From Marinisporobacter balticus (lineage in GTDB: Bacteria > Bacillota > Clostridia > Peptostreptococcales > Thermotaleaceae), in assembly GCF_004345705.1 (NCBI RefSeq), contig NZ_SLWV01000011.1:72235-96234 (forward strand): a stretch of 24,000 nt of DNA, written 5' to 3'. Positions 1 through 7,636 of the stretch are shown here, one piece after another; the stretch's first letter is position 1, and each line of letters opens with the position of its first letter. The position numbers and the translations under genes are program-made. The notes beneath the pieces were generated by a model that was not told the origin of the DNA, searched no databases, and was given only the letters and a program-made list of their open reading frames with translations.

Positions 1-338
1 AATCCAAAGAAATGGGCGTTGTATTAGGTGAAATATTAGAAGAAATGAAAGAAAAACATGCAAGTGTTGGAGATGTTCGATATATAGGTCTTTTCTCTGC
101 TATTGAATTGGTGAAAGATAGAAATAGCAAAGAACCATTGGTACCTTATGGAAAAGACCCGGATGGAATTATGAAAAAAATACTCGGGATGCTTAGAGAA
201 AAAGGATTTTGGAACTACAGTCATGAGAATATAATAATTGTAGCGCCACCGTTGATTATAAAAAAGGATGAGCTTAGGGATGCAATGAAAATTATGGATA
301 ATGTATTAGATTTTGTAGACGAGATGATGGATGAATAA
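1..338 (+). CDS. class-III PLP-dependent aminotransferase, C-terminal fragment (start lies upstream of window)
   Basis: The frame is open from the window edge (codons from nt 3) to TAA 336-338. The C-terminal sequence GDVRYIGLFSAIELVKD...GFWNYSHENIIIVAPPLIIKKDEL resembles omega-/acetylornithine-type aminotransferases. A hairpin terminator follows. Confidence 0.6.
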   Translation, partial: SKEMGVVLGEILEEMKEKHASVGDVRYIGLFSAIELVKDRNSKEPLVPYGKDPDGIMKKILGMLREKGFWNYSHENIIIVAPPLIIKKDELRDAMKIMDNVLDFVDEMMDE

Positions 339-352
339 ATTTAAAAGTAAAT

Positions 353-394
353 AAAACCTGGATTAATCAATGTAAGATTAATCCAGGTTTTATT
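353..394 (+). terminator. Rho-independent terminator
   Basis: AAAACCTGGATTAATC (353-368) pairs perfectly with GATTAATCCAGGTTTT (376-391) around a 7-nt loop, with a T-rich tail. Confidence 0.85.
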
Positions 395-506
395 ATATAG
401 CGATTTCTATAGCTAAAATATGGATATTATTATATAATAAAAATGTATAAGAACTAAATTATGTATATAATAAGATGAAATTCATAGTATGTGAAAGGTG
501 ATTATC

Positions 507-734
507 ATGAAGAATATCATTATAACAATTATCATAACCATAATTGTAGGGATTATTGCATTGCTTTATGCTTTTGGTATATTGTTTGCGATGCTAGAAA
601 CAAATGGCCCATTTTTACTCATGGGGATTGTGTGTATCGCTTTGTTAGGAATCATATTTGCATTAATTTATAATATGGTTAAGAGAGTTAAAGAAATAAG
701 GGAGGAGGATAAGGATGATCTTAGTAAATACTGA
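507..734 (+). CDS. small hydrophobic membrane protein (two predicted TM helices), function unknown
   Basis: ATG 507 is preceded by AAAGGTG (494-500); the ORF track starts at GTG 498. Two Ile/Leu-rich segments (IIITIIITIIVGIIALLYAFGILFA and FLLMGIVCIALLGIIFALIY) are followed by a charged tail. The 3' end overlaps the next gene by 20 nt. Confidence 0.5.
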   Translation: MKNIIITIIITIIVGIIALLYAFGILFAMLETNGPFLLMGIVCIALLGIIFALIYNMVKRVKEIREEDKDDLSKY

Positions 735-1032
735 TTATATTAGTGGAAAAAAATTAGAAACACTTTCAATTGTAAAGGGTGCAACCGTACAATCAAAGCA
801 TGTTGGAAAAGACATTTTAAGTGGTTTGAAGACATTAGTAGGGGGAGAAATAGAAGCGTATAAAGAAATGATGGATGAAGCAAGAGCCATTGCGACAAAG
901 AGAATGGTTATGGAAGCACAAAACTTAGGTGCAGATGGTATAATTAACATAAGATATGCAACGAGTGCAATCATGCAAGGGGCTGCTGAAGTAATCGTTT
1001 ATGGAACAGCAGTTAAGTTTATAAAAGAATAA
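715..1032 (+). CDS. YbjQ/UPF0145 (DUF74) family protein
   Basis: ATG 715 is preceded by GGAGGAGGATAAGG (701-714). The full-length pattern is typical of the YbjQ family: TTDYISGKK...VKG..V.SKH.GKDI.SGLK..VGGEI..Y..M...AR..A..RM...A..LGADGIINIRY. Confidence 0.8.
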   Translation: MILVNTDYISGKKLETLSIVKGATVQSKHVGKDILSGLKTLVGGEIEAYKEMMDEARAIATKRMVMEAQNLGADGIINIRYATSAIMQGAAEVIVYGTAVKFIKE

Positions 1033-1034
1033 AT

Positions 1035-1070
1035 AATACCGGGTAATTTTAAATTACTCGGTATTATTTA
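1035..1070 (+). terminator. Rho-independent terminator
   Basis: AATACCGGGTAATTT pairs with AAATTACTCGGTATT (one G-U wobble) and is followed by a T-rich tail. Confidence 0.8.
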
Positions 1071-1276
1071 TATACAAATATTAGGTAGAAAATAAAAATT
1101 TTGGTGATTGTAATATTTTTGTAAAGATTTTTATGGGATTTTGTTGTATACTATAAATTGGTAAAAGATTGGTATATGACAAAAATATAAGATTAAAAAG
1201 AGATTTTGTAAGGCGAAAATATGGCTATGGATGCAAAAATTGTATAGAATAGAATGATACAAAGGGGGGGAGAACG

Positions 1277-1963
1277 ATTAAAAATGCAATTGAAATAAAA
1301 AATGTTAGAAAGGTATATAGAGTAGGAGATGAAAAGATCGTTGCATTAAACGATGTTTCCTTGGAAATAAAGACAGGAGAGATATGTTGCTTTTTAGGAA
1401 CTTCAGGATCAGGAAAATCTACTCTTTTAAATATGATGGCGGGACTTGAGAAACCTACAAGAGGCATTATTAAAATTAATGAAAAAAATGTTGAAAAAAT
1501 GAATGAAAAACAACTTGCAAAGTTTCGACAAAAGCATATTGGTTTTGTTTTCCAGTCATACAACCTGTTAGCTGCACTCACAGCTCTTGAAAATGTTAGT
1601 ATGCCACTCACTTTTAGAGGGATGAAAAAAAAGCAACGAGAGAAAATTTCTGCTGAAATATTAGATGCTGTGGGGCTTAAAAAATATATCACCCATAAAC
1701 CTAATCAAATGAGTGGAGGGCAGCAGCAAAGAGTAGGGATTGCAAGAGCCTTTGTGAGTAAGCCACCTATTATTTTTGCAGATGAGCCAACAGGAAATTT
1801 AGATTCGAAGACAACCAAAGAAGTTATGAACTTGATGTTAGAAATTGCAAAAGAGAACAATCAGACAATTATTATTGTAACCCATGATAGAAGTATTGCT
1901 GAGTATGCAGATAAGGTTGTCTATATTTTAGATGGAAACATTGAAAAAATTGAAGAAAAATAA
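1277..1963 (+). CDS. ABC transporter ATP-binding protein, MacB/LolD-like; start codon unresolved (ATT 1277, or an indel at ATG 1284)
   Basis: Walker A GTSGSGKST, Q-loop, signature MSGGQQQRV, Walker B IIFADEPTGNLD and H-loop VTHD are all present. The ORF track starts at TTG 1361, which would delete the conserved N-terminal strand IEIKNVRKVYRVGDEKIVALNDVSLEI. That strand is encoded in frame upstream. The SD GGGGGGGAG lies at 1264-1272. Confidence 0.8.
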   Translation: MKNAIEIKNVRKVYRVGDEKIVALNDVSLEIKTGEICCFLGTSGSGKSTLLNMMAGLEKPTRGIIKINEKNVEKMNEKQLAKFRQKHIGFVFQSYNLLAALTALENVSMPLTFRGMKKKQREKISAEILDAVGLKKYITHKPNQMSGGQQQRVGIARAFVSKPPIIFADEPTGNLDSKTTKEVMNLMLEIAKENNQTIIIVTHDRSIAEYADKVVYILDGNIEKIEEK

Positions 1964-1985
1964 GGAGAATTAAGGGGGAAAAAAG

Positions 1986-3974
1986 ATGAAACGAAGGATA
2001 CTTACTTTATCCATTGTATTGATGATGGCTTTTAGTATTTGTAATATGGATACTTTCACTTCATATGCGGATACGAATTTAATTATAGGAAGAAATAGGG
2101 AAGTGCCTGTATTTGAATCAGGAGAAGAAGTGAGACTTGGCATTCCTATAGAAAATATTGGAGAAGATTCTATAAAAGATGTAACCATATCTTTAGATAC
2201 AAGTGATTTAAAAAGTTTTCCTTTTGAAATAGAAAAAATGTCTACAACAAAGAGAATAGCGTCTATTCATGGTAAAAGTGATGAAGATATTGGATTTTAT
2301 TTGAAGGTAGCTATGAATGCAGAAGCAAAAACTTATCCAATCAAAGTAAGTGTTAGTTATGATGGAGGTACTGCATCAGAAACGGTTTATGTGAAAATTG
2401 AAGAGAATCGCCAAAAACCTTCTTTGGAATTAATGGATGTAAAATTTGAAGGCAACAGTGTTTCTGCTGGTCAAAGTAGCGTTATGAAATTAGAAATTCA
2501 AAATGAAGGCGAAACGATGGCAAAAGATGTTGAAATTAGTTTTGAGGGGCTTAAGGCAGAGGCAATAAGACTTGATAATTATATGAATGTACCCAAAATA
2601 AAAGAGATAAAACCTAAGCATTTTCACGAGATTCCACTAAAAATCTATGCGAATGAAGATTTAAAGAGTGGTACATATGAATTAGATCTTTCTATAAAGT
2701 ATAAGGATGAATATAATCATGAATATGAAAAGAAGAAAAAAATATATGTTCCTGTAGATGGCGCTGGAGACCAAGAATTAGATTTTGGGTTTGAAAATTT
2801 AGCATATCCTGTGGATGGTGTAAAAACAAGTCAGGATTTTGATATTGCCTTTGATCTAAAAAATCTATCAGGCAAAGATGCAAAAAACTTAAAGGTTAGT
2901 ATCGATGCAGGCGCTGAGATACTTCCAAAATCTGCATCTGTTAAAAATATAAAAAGTCTAAATGTGGGAGAATCTATTCCTATGACTTTTAAGCTTTTTG
3001 CTAAGGATGGTATAGAATCAAAAAATTATCCTGTTAAGATCAATGTGGAATATGGACTAAAGGATTCAAAATCAGAAGAGAAGAATTCTTTAAGCCAATA
3101 TGTTGGTATATTTATAAAAGGAGACAATTCAAAATTAACACCGAGAATTATTATAGATAATTACAACTATGGAAAAGAATATATCCAAACAGGCGAAACT
3201 TTTCCACTGAATATATCTTTTTTCAATACAAATAAAAGTGCTTCAGTAAAAAATATTAAGGTAAGCATCAGCTCGGAAGGAGATGCTTTTGCACCAGTAG
3301 GAAGCAGTAATTCCTTCTTTATAGATGAAATTGGTGCATCAAATCGCGTTAATAAAACGATTAAATTGAAGTCAAAATCAGATGCAGAGCAGAAAATGTA
3401 TAATATTACGGCGGATATTGAGTATGAAGATAGTACAGGAAAAGCACAAACGGCAAAGGAAATTATAGGAGTAAATGTCATACAAGAAGTAAAATTTAAA
3501 ACATCTGACGTGAAAATTCCAGAAGAAGTTTTTGTTGGTGGGAATGCTTCCCTATCCATAGATTTTTATAATTTGGGCAGAGGAATATTGAGAAATATGA
3601 TGATTCATACAGAAGGTGGTTTTGAGGTAAACAGTGGGAGTACTTATATAGGAAACATAGATGCTGGAAAAGATGACTATTATGATGTTACAGTGATACC
3701 AAATAAGGAAGGAAAAGGAACTGGGAAAATTATATTTGAATTTGAAGATACGGTTGGGAACCCTTATAAAGTAGAAAAAGATTTCGAGATAGAAGTAATG
3801 AAAGAACCAGAAATGCCTCCAATGGATCCAGAAATGGAGATGGAAGGTCAAAAAGGGTCTTCATCAAAGAAATGGATATGGATTGGGGGGGGCGTTCTTT
3901 TAGTAGGCGGTATTGGATTTGTTGTTCGTAGGAAGCGCAAAAAGAAAGCCGAGGAAGTGAGCATAGATGAATAA
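1986..3974 (+). CDS. secreted, C-terminally membrane-anchored protein with five tandem Ig-like (CARDB/COG1361-like) repeats
   Basis: SD AAGGGGGA (1972-1979). N-terminal signal peptide MKRRILTLSIVLMMAFSICNMDTFTSYA. Five roughly 110-130-aa repeats each carry G-x-x-x-x-L-x-I-x-x-x-N-x-G...K[DN][VLI]x[VI]S and a later YP[IV]K[VI]xVxY-type strand. A Pro/Met/Glu linker precedes a C-terminal TM helix WIWIGGGVLLVGGIGFVV and an RRKRKKK stop-transfer. Confidence 0.6.
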   Translation: MKRRILTLSIVLMMAFSICNMDTFTSYADTNLIIGRNREVPVFESGEEVRLGIPIENIGEDSIKDVTISLDTSDLKSFPFEIEKMSTTKRIASIHGKSDEDIGFYLKVAMNAEAKTYPIKVSVSYDGGTASETVYVKIEENRQKPSLELMDVKFEGNSVSAGQSSVMKLEIQNEGETMAKDVEISFEGLKAEAIRLDNYMNVPKIKEIKPKHFHEIPLKIYANEDLKSGTYELDLSIKYKDEYNHEYEKKKKIYVPVDGAGDQELDFGFENLAYPVDGVKTSQDFDIAFDLKNLSGKDAKNLKVSIDAGAEILPKSASVKNIKSLNVGESIPMTFKLFAKDGIESKNYPVKINVEYGLKDSKSEEKNSLSQYVGIFIKGDNSKLTPRIIIDNYNYGKEYIQTGETFPLNISFFNTNKSASVKNIKVSISSEGDAFAPVGSSNSFFIDEIGASNRVNKTIKLKSKSDAEQKMYNITADIEYEDSTGKAQTAKEIIGVNVIQEVKFKTSDVKIPEEVFVGGNASLSIDFYNLGRGILRNMMIHTEGGFEVNSGSTYIGNIDAGKDDYYDVTVIPNKEGKGTGKIIFEFEDTVGNPYKVEKDFEIEVMKEPEMPPMDPEMEMEGQKGSSSKKWIWIGGGVLLVGGIGFVVRRKRKKKAEEVSIDE

Positions 3975-5325
3975 TTGGGATTTGTTAAAAATGGGCTTTC
4001 ACAACCTATGGAGAAAAAAAACAAGAACATTTTTGACTGTTTTAGGCGTAATTATTGGAACTTGTTCTATTGTAGTGATGATGTCTATAGGAATTGCAAA
4101 TGATCAAGGGACCAAAGAGTGGATTGAAAGTATGGGAGATTTAAGCATTATTGAAGTATATTCTTCTGGAAGATATGGCGATATGGATTCAAGAAATTCA
4201 AAAAAACAAGTAAAGCTTGATGATCAAGGGATTGAAAAGCTTGAAAAGATAGATGGGGTAAAGGCAGTAATGCCTATAAAAGAAATGCGTCTAAAAGTAG
4301 CTGCTGGAAAAATGATTGGGAATGTGAATGTAATAGGAATAAAACCTGAAGTAATGGAAGCGTTTGATTTTAAAGTGCAAGAAGGAAGATTACTAACATC
4401 AACAGATAAGGAAACATTAGTTTTTGGTACAGAAGTAGCTGATCGTTTTTATGATCCTAGATCAAGAAACCGATATGATCGTGATCCCAATGCACCAAAG
4501 GTAAATTTAATAAGTAGTAAGCTTATGTTATCATCAGATAATAATTATGGAGAGAAAAAAAGAAATCAAAGAAATCAAAGAGATGATGATTATAAGCCAC
4601 CAAAGCCACATAAGGTAAAAGGCGTGGGACTTTTAGCACAAAGTGGTAGAGAACAGGATTGGAATGCTTATATGAATATTACTGCGCTTGAAAAAATCAT
4701 AAAGGAAGATCAAGATGCAAGACATGAAAAAAGAAGACGATCAGATAATGAAGACCAATATGAACAAGTAAAGGTAAAGGTAATTGATATTCAAAGAGTA
4801 GAGGAAATTCAAGAAAAAATAAAAGCAATGGGATTGGATGCGAGTAGTTTGACAGAGTGGTTAAAGTCTATGAGAGAACAGATGAAAAAATCCCAGATGA
4901 TGTTGGGCGGAATAGGGGCTGTTAGTTTACTTGTAGCTGCAATAGGTATTACGAATACAATGATTATGAGTATCTATGAAAGAACAAGAGAAATAGGGGT
5001 TATGAAGGTTATTGGTGCAAATTTAGTGGATATAAAAAGGTTATTTCTATTTGAAGCGGCAATGATTGGTTTTGTTGGAGGAATATTAGGGATTACACTA
5101 AGCTATGGGCTATCTTTTGCGCTGAACAAATTTGGAGAAGGCTCTATGGAAGGTATGGACATGATGATGGGAGGTATGTCAGGTAGTGCAGGTATGTCTA
5201 TTATCCCCATAGAACTTGCATTAGGAGGGGTAGCTTTTGCAACTGTTATTGGTATCATCTCAGGATATCTACCAGCAAGACGTGCTATGAATTTAAGTGC
5301 ATTAGAAGCAATAAAAACAGAATAA
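3967..5325 (+). CDS. ABC transporter permease, MacB/FtsX family (large extracytoplasmic domain)
   Basis: The N-terminal TM helix (TFLTVLGVIIGTCSIVVMMSIG) is followed by a roughly 280-aa extracytoplasmic domain. The C-terminal FtsX domain reads GITNTMIMSIYERTREIGVMKVIGANLVDIKRLFLFEA...GYLPARRA. The gene overlaps the upstream gene by 8 nt. Confidence 0.85.
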   Translation: MNNWDLLKMGFHNLWRKKTRTFLTVLGVIIGTCSIVVMMSIGIANDQGTKEWIESMGDLSIIEVYSSGRYGDMDSRNSKKQVKLDDQGIEKLEKIDGVKAVMPIKEMRLKVAAGKMIGNVNVIGIKPEVMEAFDFKVQEGRLLTSTDKETLVFGTEVADRFYDPRSRNRYDRDPNAPKVNLISSKLMLSSDNNYGEKKRNQRNQRDDDYKPPKPHKVKGVGLLAQSGREQDWNAYMNITALEKIIKEDQDARHEKRRRSDNEDQYEQVKVKVIDIQRVEEIQEKIKAMGLDASSLTEWLKSMREQMKKSQMMLGGIGAVSLLVAAIGITNTMIMSIYERTREIGVMKVIGANLVDIKRLFLFEAAMIGFVGGILGITLSYGLSFALNKFGEGSMEGMDMMMGGMSGSAGMSIIPIELALGGVAFATVIGIISGYLPARRAMNLSALEAIKTE

Positions 5326-5338
5326 TAAATAATATTTA

Positions 5339-5387
5339 AAAGGGATGTACATATTATATACGTATAATAGGTACATCCCTTTATTTT
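5339..5387 (+). terminator. Rho-independent terminator of the ABC operon
   Basis: AAAGGGATGTAC (5339-5350) pairs with GTACATCCCTTT (5371-5382), with further inner pairing, and is followed by ATTTT. Confidence 0.85.
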
Positions 5388-5551
5388 AGTAATGATATAA
5401 AATTAGGGCTAGATAATAAGTAGAAATTCTTTTTATCTATATTTAATCGTTTACATACTTGCTATTGTAATTAAAATTAAAGGTTTCGAAAATTATTGGA
5501 GAATATGTACAATATTAGGAAGATTATTTTTAAATTATTCATAAATGGCAT

Positions 5552-5579
5552 TTGACAATAATAAAATTTGGAGTATAAT
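5552..5579 (+). promoter_or_regulatory. sigma-A-type promoter for the mrp/nifX-like/minD-fdx operon
   Basis: TTGACA (5552-5557), a 16-nt spacer, then TATAAT (5574-5579). It lies about 45 nt upstream of the ATG at 5624. Confidence 0.65.
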
Positions 5580-5623
5580 ATAAATAGCAAATGCCAATTA
5601 TAGATATAATGGAGGGAATACAT

Positions 5624-6412
5624 ATGATACAAAAAGAAAAACCACTAGAAGGAACAAATATTAAAAAAATCATTGCTGTAATGAGTGGAAAAGGGGGCGT
5701 AGGGAAGTCTTCAGTTACTTCTTTAATGGCAGTATCACTAAGAAATAAAGGATATAAGGTAGGAATCATGGATGCAGATATAACAGGACCTAGTATTCCA
5801 AAAGTATTTGGTATCAACAATCAGAGAGCTGTGTCTATTGGAGAAGCCATTCAACCAGCAGAGACGGTTACAGGAATTAAGGCAATGTCGCTAAATTTAC
5901 TAGTAAAGCAAGAAGATGATCCAGTTGTTTGGAGAGGACCTGTCATTGCAGGAACTGTAAAACAATTCTATACAAATGTAGCATGGGGAGATTTAGATTT
6001 TTTATTGATTGATCTACCACCAGGAACAGGAGATGTACCTCTTACAATTATGCAGTCATTACCAGTAGACGGTATTGTCGTGGTATCATCTCCACAGGAT
6101 TTAGTAAAGTTGATTGTAAAAAAATCTGTAAACATGGCAAAAATGATGGACATACCGATCTATGGAATTGTTGAAAACATGAGTTATTTTGAATGTCCAG
6201 ATTGTAATAAAAAGCACTATATCTTTGGAAAAAGCAAAATTGAAGAAATAGCGAAAGAAATGGATATAGCGGTATTAGAAAAATTACCGATTGATCCTGA
6301 GTTTGTAGCACTTTGTGATGAAGGCAAAGTGGAAGTTTTCGGTAAAATGCGCTTTGGTTTTTGCGAAAACTTTGCAAATAAGTTAGAAGATAAAATAGGA
6401 GGGATTGAATAA
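5624..6412 (+). CDS. mrp: Mrp/NBP35 (ApbC-like) iron-sulfur cluster carrier P-loop ATPase
   Basis: ATG 5624 is preceded by GGAGGG (5611-5616); the ORF track starts at 5591. Deviant Walker A is AVMSGKGGVGKSS. WRGP, DLPPGTGD and the family CxxC motif (ENMSYFECPDCNKKHYIFG) are present. Confidence 0.85.
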   Translation: MIQKEKPLEGTNIKKIIAVMSGKGGVGKSSVTSLMAVSLRNKGYKVGIMDADITGPSIPKVFGINNQRAVSIGEAIQPAETVTGIKAMSLNLLVKQEDDPVVWRGPVIAGTVKQFYTNVAWGDLDFLLIDLPPGTGDVPLTIMQSLPVDGIVVVSSPQDLVKLIVKKSVNMAKMMDIPIYGIVENMSYFECPDCNKKHYIFGKSKIEEIAKEMDIAVLEKLPIDPEFVALCDEGKVEVFGKMRFGFCENFANKLEDKIGGIE

Positions 6413-6780
6413 TGAAAATATGTGTTTCAAGTTTGAACAAAGAAAAAAATGCAAAAATGGATCAACATTTTGGTAGATGTCCATATTTTTCAATCTTTGA
6501 TACGGAAACAAATGCATTTGAATTTCTTGAAAATGCAGGAGTTACGGCGAATCAAGGAGCAGGAATTGCAGCTGGACAACAAGTGATTGATGAAAAAGTA
6601 GGAGTGGTTATTACAGGAAGTTTAGGACCGAATGCAATGCGTGTATTACATGGTGGAAATATAGAAACATATACATGCCAAGGTGGAAGTATTGAAGAAG
6701 TGATAAATTTATTTCAAGAAGGAAAACTAGAAAGATTGGAAAGTGCTGGACCTGCACATTCTGGAATGGGGCACAAATAA
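6412..6780 (+). CDS. NifX/NifB-C-terminal-like (dinitrogenase FeMo-cofactor-binding fold) small protein
   Basis: TAATG overlaps the mrp stop. SD AGGAGGG (6397-6403). Family pattern: KIxV.S......HFGRCPYFSIFD.....F.EN........GAGI.A.Q.V.....VVITG..GPNA...L....I. Confidence 0.75.
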   Translation: MKICVSSLNKEKNAKMDQHFGRCPYFSIFDTETNAFEFLENAGVTANQGAGIAAGQQVIDEKVGVVITGSLGPNAMRVLHGGNIETYTCQGGSIEEVINLFQEGKLERLESAGPAHSGMGHK

Positions 6781-6796
6781 AGAAAGGACTGATCCT

Positions 6797-7636
6797 ATGA
6801 AGATTGCAGTCTTAAGTGGCAAGGGTGGGACAGGAAAAACAACTGTTTCTACAAATCTTGCAAAAGCTATGGGATGGCAATATATAGACTGTGATGTAGA
6901 AGAACCTAACGGATTTATATTCCTAAACCCTAAGATAATAGAAACAAGAGAAGTAACTATACCTGTTCCGATAATTGATGAAGAGAAGTGTATAAACTGT
7001 AATAAATGTGCCCAAATTTGTCAATTTAATGCATTGGCAGGAACAAATACAGGGATTATTTTCTTTGAAAAATTATGTCATGGTTGTGGTGCATGTACCC
7101 TTGTATGTCCAGTTGATGCCATTAAAGAAGAGGGAAGAGTTATTGGAAAGATTGATATAGGAAAAAGCGAGAATATTTCTTGTATACGAGGATTGTTAGA
7201 TGTAGGAGAACCGATGGCACCCCCCATTATCAAAGAATTAAAGAAGTTGATAGATGAAAAACCAACGGTTATTGATTGTTCACCAGGAAGTTCTTGTTCT
7301 GTTGTAGCAGCTATTGAAGGAACAGATTATGCTGTTTTGGTAACAGAGCCTACGGAATTTGGTTTGCATGATTTGAAAATTGCTGTAGAACTTGTTAAAA
7401 CAATGAAGATACCATTTGGGATCATTATTAATCGTGCAGATGAAGAAAATGATTTGATTGTCAGATATTGTAAAGAAGAAGAAATAAATCTTTTAGGAAG
7501 AATTCCTTTTGATAGAAAAGTAGCTGTTTTATATTCAAATGGAAAACTTTTAGTAGAAGATAAAGCATATAGAAAAGAATTTGAAGAATTAGGACGGAAA
7601 ATTTTGGGGGTGAAGGCATGCAACTCGTTGTTATAA
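6797..7636 (+). CDS. MinD/ParA-superfamily P-loop ATPase with inserted 2x[4Fe-4S] ferredoxin domain (COG1149 type), paralog 1
   Basis: ATG 6797 gives MKIAVLSGKGGTGKTT (deviant Walker A); the ORF-track start at 6743 overlaps the previous gene. Two ferredoxin motifs are present: CINCNKCAQIC and CHGCGACTLVCP. Confidence 0.8.
   Translation: MKIAVLSGKGGTGKTTVSTNLAKAMGWQYIDCDVEEPNGFIFLNPKIIETREVTIPVPIIDEEKCINCNKCAQICQFNALAGTNTGIIFFEKLCHGCGACTLVCPVDAIKEEGRVIGKIDIGKSENISCIRGLLDVGEPMAPPIIKELKKLIDEKPTVIDCSPGSSCSVVAAIEGTDYAVLVTEPTEFGLHDLKIAVELVKTMKIPFGIIINRADEENDLIVRYCKEEEINLLGRIPFDRKVAVLYSNGKLLVEDKAYRKEFEELGRKILGVKACNSLL

Noticed and set aside
491-673. 60-aa ORF rich in His/Tyr/Asn/Cys (HEEYHYNNYHNHNCRDYC) that superficially looks like a metal-binding peptide.
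   Set aside because: It is an alternative frame of the Ile-rich TM-coding sequence (ATTATAACAATTATCATAACCATAATT). The other frame gives a coherent two-TM protein with a properly spaced SD. The composition is a frame artefact.
1115-1214. Repeated ATTTTGTAA(A/G)G and GATTTTGT words upstream of the ABC operon, considered as possible regulator sites or a promoter.
   Set aside because: The repeats are short and AT-rich with no dyad symmetry. I could not place a convincing -35/-10 pair with proper spacing, so no call was made.
1225-1692. 155-aa minus-strand ORF antisense to the ABC ATPase gene. Similar antisense ORFs occur at 36-224, 735-974, 1970-2188, 2692-2883, 3167-4030, 5539-5820, 5968-6440, 7327-7623, 7926-8375, 9378-10053, 10646-10963, 12086-12844, 13621-13833, 14970-15215, 16234-16443, 18517-19272, 19788-20471, 20676-20948 and 23225-23604.
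   Set aside because: Each lies fully inside, and opposite to or out of frame with, a gene that has clear family motifs. Their products are low-complexity Phe/Ser/Ile-rich strings typical of antisense frames in AT-rich DNA, and no SD sequences are evident.
6743-6796. Long N-terminal extensions suggested by the ORF track: 6743 for MinD-fdx-1, 9439 for DUF134, 9954 for rhodanese, 15949 for the GRE, 5591 for mrp, 14054 for psuK and 23598 for flavin reductase.
   Set aside because: In each case an internal start codon has a well-spaced SD and yields the family-typical N-terminus. The extensions overlap upstream genes, terminators or the SD itself.
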